Source: Octopus sinensis (lineage: Eukaryota). From it: a stretch of DNA of 64,000 nt. The notes beneath the pieces are model-generated. The model did no database searches, was not told where the DNA came from, and saw only the letters and a list, made by a program, of their open reading frames with translations. A program made the translations under genes and the position numbers. Position 1 is the first letter of the stretch. Each line of letters starts with the position of its first letter. Shown here one piece after another: positions 1-14,466 of the stretch. The stretch is from the NCBI RefSeq assembly GCF_006345805.1, contig NC_043007.1, positions 13,640,001 to 13,704,000 on the forward strand. The letters run 5' to 3'.

Positions 1-299
1 GGGAACACAAAGCCACAAGTTACATGAGAGTAGAGTTTGCGGAGGATGTGACTCTACACGCCCACTCACACACACACATGCACATGTATATGTTGGTGTG
101 TGTGTATGTGTATGTGTACATGTGTGTGTGCTTGTGTGTGTGCATGCATGTGTGTTTATTATACAGGAAGTTGACAGTCGACCCTCCCTTTCTCCCTTGG
201 CGATAGAGAATAAACCTACCTATCCCGATTCATGACTTCAAAATCCAATAATGTTTGCTCGCTGTTTTAATACATCCCATTTACAACTCAACCATTACC

Positions 300-436
300 A
301 AGTGTATGTATGTATGTATGTATGTATGTATGTATGCATGTATGTATGTATGTATGTATCTATCTATCTATTTGTCTGCCTGTCCCTCTCTCACTCTCTC
401 TCTCTCTATTTCTGCCTCTCTCACTGTTTCTCTTTC

Positions 437-471
<35 letters not shown>
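300..471. repeat. (TATG)n/(TATC)n/(CT)n compound microsatellite
   Basis: Direct tandem repeats visible in the sequence. Confidence 0.95.
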
Positions 472-472
<1 letters not shown>

Positions 473-565
473 GACACATATTTCCTTAAATGATGCAAAC
501 CTCCTCTTACTTGCAATCGCTAACTATTTCTCCTCCTCCTCCCTCTTCTCATTCTTCTTCTTCAA

Positions 566-598
566 TTACCACTATTACTACTACTACTACTACTACTG

Positions 599-629
<31 letters not shown>

Positions 630-1212
630 AACTAATACTACTTCTACTACTACTACTACTACTACTAGTAGTAGTAGTAGTAGTAGTAGTAGTACTCCTA
701 CTATTATTGCTGTTGCTGCGCTACTATTATTGCTGTTGCTACGGTACTAAGTTATTGTTGTGGTCATTTCTTTCCACACCTTCTCATCTTCCGCCCCTTA
801 CTCTTCCTCAACGTCATCATTAACATCACCACCAACACGAAGACAACGACCACTACCACCACCGCTATGACAACTACTACTACTACTACTACTACTACTA
901 CAACAACTATTACCACTACTACTACTAATAATAATAATAGTAATAATACAACTACTACTACTACTACTATTACTTATACTACTACTAATACTACTGCTAA
1001 TACTACTACTACTACTCCTACAACTACTACTACTACTACTAATATTACTAATGCTACTACTACTACTGCTGCTGCTGCTGGTGCCACTACTATAACAACT
1101 ACTACAACTACTACTACTATTGCTGCCGCTAATACAACAACAACACCAACAACTACTACCACTGCTGCTGCTGCTACTACTACTACTACTACTACTACGA
1201 CTACTACAAATA
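566..1212. repeat. (ACT)n/(ACA)n/(GCT)n trinucleotide repeat field
   Basis: Tandem trinucleotides that explain the poly-Thr/Val/Leu ORFs. Confidence 0.95.
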
Positions 1213-2437
1213 CGTACGAACGTTTCATTGCTATTATTTATTATTTTTTCAAGTATTTATAACTTTCCTCGTCAGTGTAACATTTTTCTTTGGCAACTAC
1301 AGAACTGTCGCTGCCTCTCAAATTTCCCTAATTACACTTTCTGCCAGTCCATATAGCCTTAAATCTCTGGCATTGGCCCTTTGCTATTTAGTACTTTGTT
1401 CTGTTCTATATTATATATTTTTCACCGTCTTTATCCATTCACGTTTATAACAACACAGTAATACTGAACACGGTGTAACGAAATATACGCCCTACATGTG
1501 TATTTCCATAGACATTCAAAATGATGAAGACAGATGTGTGTGTGCATATATATATATGTATATAATAAATTAATAAATAAAACATATGCATATATACATA
1601 CATATATGTACGTGCCTACCTCTGCATGTATATATACATGCATATATGGGTACAGGACACAAAAAAACGTCGAACATGAGAAACGAAAACATAAACACAA
1701 AAACAACAAAATAGACATTTCTTTTCAACAACGAAAAATAGAGTACAGGACATACAAAACAAGGAAAATTCCCATTCTTCAGTCGCCTTAGTTTCATCTA
1801 CTCCACGTTTCGAAGGTCAAGGCGATACATGACTTCAATAAAACTTTCCTTCCCGCGAAAAACAAATTAAATAAAATTTGAGATGTTTTTTTGCGGAGGG
1901 GTAAAAATGGTAACAAAAACAGGACAGTAACGACAGTACAAAATATAAACAGTAATAGACAGGACACGGAAAATAACAGTAACAAAAACAAGAAGGGTTG
2001 TCAAGCCAAACGAAATAGAATTTTTTTACGAACGCTATTTTTTCAGAACGGCATAGAGACGACAAAGAGAGTGAGAGAAAGAGAGAGATCGAGATAGAGA
2101 GCAAGAGAGGGACAGACACATTTATATATATATATATGTGTGTGTGTGTGTGGTGTTTATATATATATGTATATATATATATATATGTATATATAATATA
2201 TATATGTATATATATACGTATTTATATATACGTATCTATCTGTCTATCTATCCATCTATCTATATATATATATATATATATATTATCATACATACATACA
2301 TACATACATACTTATATACACACACACGTATATAACCAGATATATATATATATATATGGATATATATGAATATAAATATATAAATATATATATATACATA
2401 TATATTTATATATTTATATTCATATATATTCATATAT

Positions 2438-2482
<45 letters not shown>

Positions 2483-3058
2483 CATATGTATACCATATGT
2501 ATATATAAGAGTTATCTCAACACAAATCAAGTATGTATGTGCGTACATGTATATTTGTATGTGCATTCATAAATCTTTGTATCCATTCTTCTGTTTGTCT
2601 TAAGAGGAAGAATGTGAAACATCAGTTGAAAAAGCAACAACAACAAAAAAAAAAACAAGATTTTTCACCAAATGTATGTGAACATATTCCTCAGACTATC
2701 ATTCAGTCAGTCAGACAGTCAGGTTTCCTATGCCTCATTCCGGCACCCTGGCTCGATACTTCACCATTATTCCATTGGGCAATATTTCGGTGAATGTCAT
2801 CTTTACGCTTGCGCAAAAAGCACTACGGGGTACGGTTGCTCTTGCGATCCGAAACGAAGCGAAAGATGTTACCACTCTCCCTTTCTCTCTCATTCTCTCT
2901 GTGTCTGTCTTTCTCTCTCTTTCGTTCTTCATCCACTACACGCATATAAACATATACAAAACACTTACATGAACACACACACACACTCATATATATATAT
3001 GTGTCTGTGTGTCTATACGCCAAGGCTATGTGTGTTCATCTATGTATATCTGTACATG

Positions 3059-3101
<43 letters not shown>

Positions 3102-3359
3102 ATATACACATATATTATATACACACACACAAATACGTAGACACACACACACTCACATATATATATATATATATATATACAAATGCATATATATATATGT
3201 ATATGTATTTATATATGTATATATATATATATGTCCGGTGGTGTGTATACATGTACATATTCTGTTACATTTGAAGGTAAACTGGATGGGAAAGGTAAGT
3301 GAGAGCATGTCGGGAAGGAATAAAAGAGAATATGAGGCAATATGCATACACTCAATCAA

Positions 3360-3410
<51 letters not shown>

Positions 3411-4150
3411 TAACTATATAGATACATATATATACATATTATATACATATATACCATATATATATCACATATATACATATATATACATATATACATATAC
3501 ACACATATATATACAAATATATATAATATATACATATAATATTATATATAGATATATATATATATAATATATATATATATATATACACATACACTTAGGA
3601 AATACAAAAATAATGATAGTAAAAAATTATACAAAATATTATACTAAATATAAAATATACCAATAGAATAAAATAAAAAAAAATACTGAATCCCAGATAT
3701 AAAAAAAAATGTATACATATTTAAAAAAAATATAAGCAAAAAAAAAAGACAGGAAAAAATGTAACATATAAAAATAGATTAAAATAAAGATGCTGGAACG
3801 GCAGCAAGATATGGTTGAAGGCGAACAAGGAAGAAGATGAAGAAGGTGTGAGAAATATAGATATGAAGTGAAGATGTAAGTCAGACGGAGGTGGGAGGAG
3901 GGAATGTAAGATGGAGGGATATTAGAGACAGAGTGAGAGTGCGAGGGAGAGAGAGGGAAAGAGCGTGTAGAGGATTGAGTGAGTCGGAGGGAGAGGAGGC
4001 AGATGGGGATGGATCGGATGTTCACAATAGTGTGAGAGAGAACAAAGACGGCGTGTATGGTTGTTTGGTGTTTGTGCGCATGTGTGTACGTGCGTGTGGG
4101 TTTGTAGGTATGCGTATGAGTATCTGCGTGCGAGAAGGCTAGCAATATTA

Positions 4151-4206
<56 letters not shown>

Positions 4207-4211
4207 GTTAT

Positions 4212-4265
<54 letters not shown>

Positions 4266-4428
4266 TGGGTGTGTGTATATATATATATATTATATATATA
4301 TATATAACATAATTTCATACATACATCTCATATACATATGAGTCTATATACATATATATTATATATATGTGTATATATATCTGATATATATATTATACAC
4401 ATATATGGATCACACATATATACTTATA

Positions 4429-4807
4429 CTAGCAGTATCGCCCGGCGTTGCTCGGGTTTGTAAGGGAAATAACTATATAAGCATTTTTAGAGAGTTATAG
4501 CCAAAAAATAGGAAAAAAATGCATTAAAAATGGAAATTTCTTAAATCGTTGACACAATCGTAGATATTTTTTAGAGAGTTACTTCCCTTACATAATAGCA
4601 AAAAAATGCATTAAAAATGGAAAAATATGATGGAATTTTTTTTAAATCGTAGACTCATCGTAGACGCGCGCTAATACCCAGAAGGGCTCGATATAATCAA
4701 ACGACTATAATACCCGTTTTGGTTACACTGCACCGCAAAATGTGGGAGTCGTTACGAATCTAAATCGTAGGAGACAGGACACACAACTTCACTCTTATAT
4801 ATAAAGA
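4429..4807 (-). mobile_element. Non-autonomous Helitron, family H1 copy 1
   Basis: On the minus strand it begins TC(TTTATATATAAG) after an A and ends CCCGAGCAACGCCGGG hairpin + CGATACTG-CTAG before a T. No TSD. Homologous to four other copies in the window. Confidence 0.9.
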
Positions 4808-5729
4808 TATAAGTCACGTAGTTATATACACATACTTTGTTATATACACATTCTTAAAAGAAAATGTTATTTTGAATACAACATTTATAAAGAATAAAAA
4901 TATTTTGTTTTTTCTTAACCTTTCGTTACTATATTTCTGACCAAATTACAACCCCCTTATGTGTTTCAATTAATTTCTAACGTAATCATAAATTTAGTCT
5001 GGTTTCATTAAAACAACTATAACTTTTTTATTTATCAATATATTAATCTGATTTTTGAAGATAATTTAATGAAATATTCTCAACCAATCTACACTATAAT
5101 TTTTGTCACAAAGTGACTCTAATTGCAGGTAGATACAGGTAAATTCAACAATATATAAAATTATTAAAATTTTGTTCGAACATTGCTATAGAAAATGGGT
5201 TATTAGCTAATATTCAATTGGGTATACACAAAATTTTACGATAGAATTTGTTATTCTGGGTAACTTTCTGATACCCATAATAATATTATTTATGGCAAAA
5301 TAGGCCTTAATTTCATTTAAGGTTGTGGGAAATAACAACTATCCTTTCTTTCGCTTTGTTTACGTTTAGCGTAATGATTTCAAATAGGCTCATTCGAAAT
5401 AAAAAGAAATAGTTTAAGGCTTTATACTCTTCTGGGAAAGTCTGTGGCTTGGTGCAGTTTCTTCAGAAAAATCCCGAAAGAAACAGTTTTTAAATTTTCA
5501 CATCCATTCAGGTACCGATTCATTTTCTTAATCGCTGTCGGATTCACTGTTTTCACTTTAATAGCTGCAAACTTGCAAAGACAAAGGAGGAGAAGGGTGA
5601 TAGCGTCAGTGAAACAGTCGCTCCCTTTGTGTGTGTGTGCGTTTGCGTGTGGTGTATCCCACATTAAGAAAAACATTTGACATATACACCAGAATGTGAG
5701 TTTTCTCTAAATTTTGCTTAATGGGGTTG

Positions 5730-5990
5730 AAATTTTAAAAAACCGGACCTGGCATGACCCGATGCATTCTACTCCTAAAAATGCTAGGTAAATTGTAATT
5801 GAAGAAATCCTATATTAGATTTCTATAACTTACAAAGGGAGGCAGATAAAATCTGCCTTTTATAATAAGAGATATATGGACATATATATATATATATATG
5901 CTAGGTAAATTGTAATTGAAGAAATCCTATATTGTAGATTTCTATAACTTACAAAGGGAGGCAGATAAAATCTGCCTTTTTAATAGAGAT
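5730..5990 (-). mobile_element. Putative 5' end of a second Helitron-like family, with a ~115 bp local tandem duplication
   Basis: Minus strand starts A|TCTCTTATTATAAAAGGCAG at 5872, with a perfect AGGCAGAT/ATCTGCCT hairpin. 5781-5897 is repeated from 5898. The 3' CTRR end was not located. Confidence 0.5.
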
Positions 5991-5994
5991 ATAT

Positions 5995-6032
<38 letters not shown>

Positions 6033-6361
6033 GTATATACACGTATATATATATATCATATATATATACATATATACATATATACATACATAAATATATA
6101 TACATAATATGTATATATATGATATATATGGTGTGGGTGTGTGTGTATAAACATATGAAAGGCAAGAAATGGAATATACCAGAATATATTATCAAACAAA
6201 ACAATTGTTTCGACATATTTAGAATCGACTCCTCTTGTGTGAAACACAAAAACCGGTTCAGAATATCCGGTGGTGCAGACGTATCTCGTGGGTGATAAAA
6301 AGATCTCATGAATGTACATATATATGTATATATATATATATTATATATATATATATATATA

Positions 6362-6412
<51 letters not shown>

Positions 6413-6470
6413 TATTCATATATATATACATATATATGACTTACATATGTACGTGGATTGTGTGTTCATG

Positions 6471-6570
6471 NNNNNNNNNNNNNNNNNNNNNNNNNNNNNN
6501 NNNNNNNNNNNNNNNNNNNNNNNNNNNNNNNNNNNNNNNNNNNNNNNNNNNNNNNNNNNNNNNNNNNNNN
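6471..6570. other. Assembly gap (100 N)
   Basis: Run of N. Confidence 1.
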
Positions 6571-6700
6571 TATCGATCAGTCAAACTTTTGAAAATTAAT
6601 ACTGCTGATCGTTAGCCATACATTCGACAAACTGGCAGCGACAAAAATAACATACACAGGCTCACTCAGAGAAACAAACGCACGCACATACATACGTGCA

Positions 6701-6742
<42 letters not shown>

Positions 6743-7064
6743 GACACACACATACACATTCATTTTGTGTCAAGTAAAACTAATTTGGAACGATGACAAA
6801 CGCTAAACAATCTATAAATGGCAAAATTAAGTGCATATCGGCAATATTAGGCAACAAAAATATGAAAGCGTTTTCTACTTGAATCTGTCGCACAAGAATG
6901 AGCGACAATTAAAACAGCTTTCACTTATATTAACGAAGCTAGATCTTTTCTTGTTCAACGCACTGAACAATGAATTTCATCCCTGCTTGATATCCATATT
7001 CTGCCTGATAGTTATATAGCATTATATTTATTACCTTGTTTCTAAAATGTATGTTCGACCAAAT

Positions 7065-7383
7065 TAAAGACTCCGCCGGTTACGACGACGAGGGTCCAGC
7101 TGATACGATCAACGGAACAGCTTGCTCGTGAAATTAACGTGCAATGGCTGAGCATTCAAAGACACTTACCTTAACGTAGTTCTCGGGATAATCAGCGTGA
7201 CACAGAGAGTGACAAGGCTGACCCTTTGAAATACAAGTACAACTCATTTTTGCCAGCTGAGTGGACTGGAGCAACGTGAAATAAAGTGTCTTGCTCAAGG
7301 ACACAACGCGTCGCCGGGAATCGAACTCACAACCTTACGATCATGAGCCGAATGCCCTAACCACTAAGCCACGCGCCCTCACT
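7065..7383 (-). mobile_element. tRNA-derived SINE family A, full length
   Basis: Pol III A box TGGCTTAGTGG and B box GTTCGATTCC on the minus strand. Body GTGTCCTTGAGCAAGACACTT. TSD TGTTCGACCAAAT at 7052-7064 and 7384-7396. Confidence 0.92.
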
Positions 7384-7647
7384 TGTTCGACCAAATAAGC
7401 TGTGTTTGTCTGTTCATGTGCCCATGCGATACTTACCTGCCAATTATGAAACCCCAAAATGATTTTGGATCTAGCCATAAAGTGTAAATGTGTAATACAC
7501 CGATGATACCGTTCGCCTGTAGTTGTTGTTACGCTCGTTACAAAACAGAACAAGTTGGACAGCCAGCCCCTACGTAGTTACACTTAGAATAAGTGACAAT
7601 GTGGAGTTTGGAAAGATATATTTTCTATTATGTGTTTTATGGTGGTT

Positions 7648-7970
7648 AGTGAGGGCGCGTGGCTTAGTGGTTAGGGCATTCGGCTCATGATCGTAAGGTT
7701 GTGAGTTCGATTCCCGGCGACGCGTTGTGTCCTTGAGCAAGACACTTTATTTCACGTTGCACCAGTCCACTCAGCTGGCAAAAATGAGTTGTACTCGTAT
7801 TCCAAAGGGTCAGCCTTGTCACTCTCTGTGTCACGCTGATTATCCCAGAGAAATACGTTAAGGGTACACGTGTCTGTGGAATGCTCAGCCATTTGCACGT
7901 TAATTTCACGAGCAAACTGTTCCGTTGATCGTATCAGCTGGGACCCTCGTCGTCGTAACCGGCGGAGTCT
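7648..7970 (+). mobile_element. tRNA-derived SINE family A, full length
   Basis: A and B boxes, TSD ~TTATGGTGGTT on both sides, near-identical to the reverse complement of 7065-7383. Confidence 0.92.
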
Positions 7971-8036
7971 TTATGGTGGTTAATCCCGTTGTTTCTTTGC
8001 ACGTTTCTCGTAATTTAAAAAGCACTCGTAAACATG

Positions 8037-8426
8037 GTGGAGGCGCAATGGCCCAGTGGTTAGGGCAGCAGACTCGCGGTCATAGGATCGCGGTTTCGAT
8101 TCCCAGACCGGGCGTTGTGAGTGTTTATTGAGCGAAAACACCTAAAGCTCCACGCGGCTCCGGCAGGGGATGGTGGTGATCCCTGCTGTACTCTTTCGCC
8201 ACAACTTTCTCTCACTCTTACTTCCTGTTTCTGTTGTACCTGTATTTCAAAGGGCCGGCCTTGTCACTCACTGTGTCACGCTGAATATCCCCGAGAACTA
8301 CGTTAAGGGTACACGTGTCTGTGGAGTGCTCAGCCACTTACACGTTAATTTCACGAGCAGGCTGTTCCGTTGATTCGGATCAACCGGAACCCTCATCGTC
8401 GTAACCGACGGATTGCTTCCATCCAA
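8037..8426 (+). mobile_element. tRNA(Arg-like)-derived SINE family B, sharing its 3' half with family A
   Basis: Head GGCGCAATGGCCCAGTGGTTAGG...GACTCGCGGTC...TTTCGATTCC. 3' half matches family A. TSD TCGTAAACATG at 8026-8036 and 8427-8437. Confidence 0.9.
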
Positions 8427-8722
8427 TCGTAAACATGACTTTATTTTCATTTACTGTTATCGATAGTCTCTTTCTTAAATACGTATAATTTGCAAACGTT
8501 TCATTATTTTCAGTTGTGATCGATACTTGTGTCGTGTTTCAGTAACACTTGATAATATCGGGTCAATATGAATTTCGCACGGCGGCAGGTCTGTTTCGAT
8601 TGCTTCTCATAGATAAATGGTCACTGTTTCATTCTGTGTGACAATTTCAGGCGTTCGTTTAAACTACCAATTTTCTTTTGACATTTCATTACTACTGATA
8701 TTAAAATGTTCATCATTTTTAA

Positions 8723-8723
<1 letters not shown>

Positions 8724-8790
<67 letters not shown>

Positions 8791-8815
8791 TATTATTATT
8801 ATTATTTTATTATTA
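8724..8815. repeat. (ATT)n microsatellite
   Basis: Tandem repeat. Confidence 0.95.
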
Positions 8816-8859
8816 TATCATTTATTGTTACGTATGTGTGATTCTTATTATTCTTGAGC

Positions 8860-8898
<39 letters not shown>

Positions 8899-9234
8899 TA
8901 ATTTCAAGAAACTTTCCGCGTGTTCCTTTGTGTAAATGAGACAAATATGAGAGAAGAAAGGTGAGGACGCCTACAGTGAAGCGGTTTGGTGTCAAAAGAA
9001 TTATTTTCATTGCTGCAAAGAAGACAAACAATGAGGGCATTGTGTAAGTTGTACGAAGCACGCTTTTTTGTATGTCGCCATATTTTGTTTATGATAATAT
9101 GTTCATTGATGGTTCCCCGTAGATAGTTTTGGTCATAAATAAAACCAGCGAAGGAAATATGCAGAACATAAACGTATAAGGAAGTGTGTAACTACAAGAG
9201 GGCACCAGGGACAGATGCACCAGGTAGGAACAAA

Positions 9235-9282
9235 CACACACACACATACACACATATATATATATGTATATATATATATATA

Positions 9283-9371
<89 letters not shown>

Positions 9372-10181
9372 CATATACTATATATATATAATATATGTAT
9401 ATATATATATATATAACATATATATATATAATATATGTATATATAATATTATATATATCATATATCTATATAAATATGCATATATATGTATATATATATA
9501 TGTATATATATATATGTATATATATATGTAAATATATATATATACATGCATGTATAATATGTCTATATATACATATAATGCATATATATGCATTCATATC
9601 TACATACGTTTACACATATAAACGTATGTAGGTTTATGTGCATACATAAATATATATATATATATTTACATATATATATAGATAATGTATCTTTATACAT
9701 GCATATACGTATATACAAACATATAGTACGTATGTATATAAATATATATGTGTGTGTGTGTGTGTGCTTGTATGTGTGTGAGTATGCATTTATGTAGACG
9801 CACACACGTATAGCAATAAAATATAAGCCGAAATAGACATGTATGTATGTGTGTAACAATATATATATATATACATATGAGAATGTACAATGACAAATCA
9901 TTGTGAACGAAGGGCGAAATCAAAATGGAAGACAAAACGATGAGAGGAAATTTAACTTTTTTCCTTCTGCCGTGTCATCTTTAGTCATCCATTGTTTTAT
10001 TATTTACTTTTTTTCCTACGAGTCATTAAAACTATTCAGACAGGAAATTATTGTGACAAGACAGGAAATGACAGAAAGGAATAGTTATTTTGAAGAATAT
10101 ATTTGAAGCTTATTCTTCTTACGCTTATTAGTATTATATATATATATATATATATAGTATATATATATTATATATATATCT

Positions 10182-10230
<49 letters not shown>

Positions 10231-10637
10231 CTGTGTGTGTGTGTGTGTATGTGTGTGTTTATGTATACGTAGCTATGCACATATACGTTTGTATATACAT
10301 ATATGTTCACATTTATATATGTATGCATATAAATATATACATACAGATACAGACATATCTATCTATCTATTTATCTATGTAGCTATATATATATATATAT
10401 ATTATATATATATATATATTATAGATATATATATAGTGTGGATATATATATGTATATATATATGTATATATATATGTATATATATGTAATATATATGTAT
10501 ATATATATATATGTATATATATATGTATATATATGTATATATATAACATGTATGTGTATATAGTTGTATGTTATTTAAGTACGCATACATACATACATAC
10601 ATACATACGTCCATACATACATACATACATGCATACA

Positions 10638-10671
<34 letters not shown>

Positions 10672-11195
10672 CATATATGCGTACATACATACATGCATGC
10701 ATATATACATGCATGCATATATACATACATACATACATACATAATGTTTCACTTAAGGTAAAATAACAATGAAAGAAAAACGCACAATGGACTGGCGACA
10801 GAAGCATATTTTTAATAGGTGGAGCAGTTGTTAATCTAAAGTTGTTGATTTTTTTTTTCAACATTTAGAAATTGTTTCATATTTTCGAAAGAAAACGTAA
10901 CATTCTTTTATTTGTTTTTACATTTTCGCTAAGTATTTTTTTTTCTTTTTTCCTGTTATTCATGGATTCATTTACTCAGAGCTTTCTTCTTTTCAAAAGG
11001 CAGCTAAAAAAAAAAACAAAAAAAAAATGATACGAGATATTTCATTTATTCTAAAATGGTTTTTTCGTATATATAGCGATAGCATCAATTCTTATAAAGT
11101 GAATTGATGTAGCAATTTTATATTGTCTTGCATTGCAGTGAATTGATTTGATTGTCATATGCTCATATACTTTTAGATACAATCGTACAAATATA

Positions 11196-11227
<32 letters not shown>

Positions 11228-11315
11228 GATAATAATAATAATTTTCATATGTGCTATACATACATTATGTATAAATTGATGCGTACACATAATTCAATGC
11301 AAAATACATATACAT

Positions 11316-11381
<66 letters not shown>

Positions 11382-11399
11382 GAGAGAGAGATAGATATG

Positions 11400-11443
<44 letters not shown>

Positions 11444-11661
11444 CACATATACGTATATGTATATATATATATATATATGTAATATATATATATATATAAA
11501 TGTATGTATGTATACATATATGAGTGTGCGCGTGTGAGGGTATGTAGGTGTATTTGAGTATGTGTATATATATATGTATATATTTATGTACCATAAAATC
11601 ATATATGTAATTAATATGCTTATATTTATAAATTCGAAGTATACGTTTCCAAAAATATACA

Positions 11662-11701
<40 letters not shown>

Positions 11702-11740
11702 ACACTCACAGAAACATGCGTACACACACACACGCACACG
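9235..11740. repeat. Several (TA)n/(TG)n/(TACA)n microsatellite tracts with short unique spacers
   Basis: Tandem repeats that are the source of the YI/CV/HT ORFs. Confidence 0.85.
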
Positions 11741-13308
11741 TAGTGGAACAATCGAAAGGAAACGATCGCAATGGTATTGCCAGAATTTCATTAGTTCTGA
11801 CCTCCACATGTCCCCATTGTGCTACATGTGAACTTCATACCCTGTCATGTTTCCATGATAAATTCTAATGAATCAACTGAACGTGATATACAAATTCTTC
11901 CTCCAAGAATACCAATAATCTATGCATTCTTGTATACCTATACGTACTTATGTGGTCTGCGTGTACATGGTATACATGGTGGTATGTGGGTTAGTACTAT
12001 AATGTTGCACTCACGTTAGTAAGACTATCATTTTGGTTCTTGGGTTGGGATATGAGTTGTATTCTTCAAGAGAACACTTTATTTCCGATTGCTCCAATCC
12101 TAACAGCTAACAAAATCGAACGATCTTGCGATGATGGCTCTGTGTCCCACCCAATAGAGGTACATATAAACCACAAACTCTGGAAAACTGTTCTTGTGGG
12201 TCTATCGCACACAAGTGTCCTTTGAACATTTTGGAATCCGTCTATAAATATATTTATAAAGGATGTATATACTACACACATAACATACACAGACTCACAC
12301 ATCCATTCACACATGCACACACACATATATGCGTCTGGGTGTGTCCTTTGCACGTATGCGTGTCTTTCTGTTGCGTATATCCTTGTATTTTGGATTCCGC
12401 CATTTTGAAGTCAACCCGTCTTTATAATCCACCGTACAGTCCATTACATACATCGTCTGTTTGTCTCTTTTTGTATTTATAGACAAATACGCCGGTGTTG
12501 TGACTGTGTACGTGTGAGAGATGCGAAAGAAATAAACTTTTAGAATGGTTCTTTTATTTTTCATTCAGTAAGTAATTTGTACAATAATAGCAAACTAAAA
12601 AGAAGACAACAAACTGGAGGGAACGCCGAATATGGTGTTTTGAAAATCGTTTGGCGATCACCCTCCATCGTGGAAAAAACGAAAACAAATATAAACGGAC
12701 TGGTTATTATAATATATGTGTCTTCCATTCCTTCTAAGAAAATACGATGAAAAGAATAGCTTAGAAATAGCTAATGCCAAGAAGAGGAAAATAATTGGCA
12801 TTTCAAATATACTAATGTAAGTTTTAGAGGATATAAAACCATATTTCTTAAAGTAATATGTGTCTTAATTGGTTAAGTGATATAAAGATGTGGTTGTCTT
12901 TCTGAGTTCCCTGCTAAAACAAGGAAAATAGGACTTAAATAGCATGAAATATTACAGTAAAATATAATATTTCTGAGAAAATACTTATCAAAAATAATAT
13001 TGGTTGAAAAGGAAAACAACTTCCAAAGTGACAGCAGATTCTAATAAATCAAAATGCTTATCGAATAGTTGGCGATAGTAAATGAAATACTATTGGTGTA
13101 ATTTGAAGATAATTTGATAAGATATACGTTTGCGTGTGCCTGTGTGTGAGAGAATAAGAGGGAAGGCAGGAGGGAGAGGAGTACGGAAATTGTTCTTGCT
13201 TAAATGGCTATGAGACATGAGAAAATGCTACATAGGTTTATCTATTTTGTTGCAAAGTGGTTAATATATTTTGAGGTAAATGCGCTACAGAATACTCGCT
13301 CCACTATA

Positions 13309-13542
13309 TATTTCTTTACTACCCACAAGGGGCTTAACACAGAGGAGACAAATAAGGACAGATATAGGTATTAAGTCGATTACATCGACCCCAGTTCGTA
13401 ACTGATACTTAATTTATCGACCCCGAAAGGATGAAAGGCAAAGTCGACCTCGGTGGAATTTGAACTCAGAACATAACCGCAGACGAAATACCGCTAAGCA
13501 TTTCGCCCGGCATGCTAACATTTCTGCCAGCTCGCCGCCTAC
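13309..13542 (-). mobile_element. SINE family C monomer
   Basis: Head GGCGGCGAGCTGGCAGAA, B-box-like GAGTTCAAATTCC, body GTCGACTTTGCCTTTCATCCTTTCGGGGTCGATAAATTAAGTA. TSD ACTCG(C/T)TCCACTATA at 13294-13308 and 13543-13557. Confidence 0.9.
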
Positions 13543-14164
13543 ACTCGTTCCACTATAAACAGTTTCACAAACAATTCTGGCCGAAAGTATAAGTTTTGCT
13601 TTTATTTAGTGTTTTTCTTTTATTGTACGAAAGACAGGAAAAAAAAAAGCAAGAATCTGTAGCCTTAATTTGATCAGAAATCATTTGCATATTAATTACA
13701 TTTTTGATCAGAGGGAAAAACTGAATTATACTCAAACCCACCTGTTCATTTATGACTATTACATCCGTTGACGACACCTGAACTCCTAAGATCAATAAGC
13801 GTTGACTATTTTCTTGTTTAACTAATTGATATATGTTTTCTTATTAAGATAATTAATTACTCCCACGCTATTTACTACTAGACATAACACAAACCCATCT
13901 CTTTATCATACATATCTATACAGTTAGGTCTCGTGTGTAGCGTAGAAATTTATTGTTCTTGATTGATATAGATATATGTTTAAACCGTATTACCAAATAC
14001 ATATGTATGTACACACAACACACACACACACACACACACTCATTTGTCTATTTCTTGAAAATGGGGTCACAACCCCGAAATATTGAATACAATGTTAGTC
14101 TACATTAGAAAATTACCATTTTTAAATATCAAAATATGAGATATTCAGCAACAGTACTTTGTAG

Positions 14165-14466
14165 TAAAGATTGTTTGCCAACACAACATCGCAATCCTGG
14201 CTTCGGACTAATGTTGCTGTAATTTAGCCCCAGGAGACATCCTCTAGGCGAGCAATTATTCTGTGCTAATGAAGAGAAATAACCTAGAAATCGCGATACA
14301 CAGATATTGTTTTAGAGCTGAGAGGGGGTGCTAGATTCCCTTGTTAGAAAATATAAGGACACAGATCGTGTTGTATAGCCCCGGGAGATATCGTCGCCTG
14401 AGGCTAAATTACAGCAACGTTAGTCCTAAACCAGGACAGCCATGTCGTGTTGGCAAACAACTCTTA
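14165..14466. mobile_element. MITE with ~70 bp imperfect terminal inverted repeats
   Basis: 14171 TTGTTTGCCAACAC...GTTGCTGTAATTTAGCC is mirrored by GGCTAAATTACAGCAAC...GTGTTGGCAAACAA ending at 14460. TA at the outer edges. Confidence 0.8.

Noticed and set aside
867-1262. Mucin-like poly-Thr ORF
   Set aside because: Pure trinucleotide microsatellite.
4915-5300. piggyBac-like end TTAACCTTTCGTTAC
   Set aside because: No matching opposite TIR found.
7651-7725. tRNA genes at SINE heads
   Set aside because: No complete cloverleaf or acceptor stem, and they continue into SINE bodies with TSDs.
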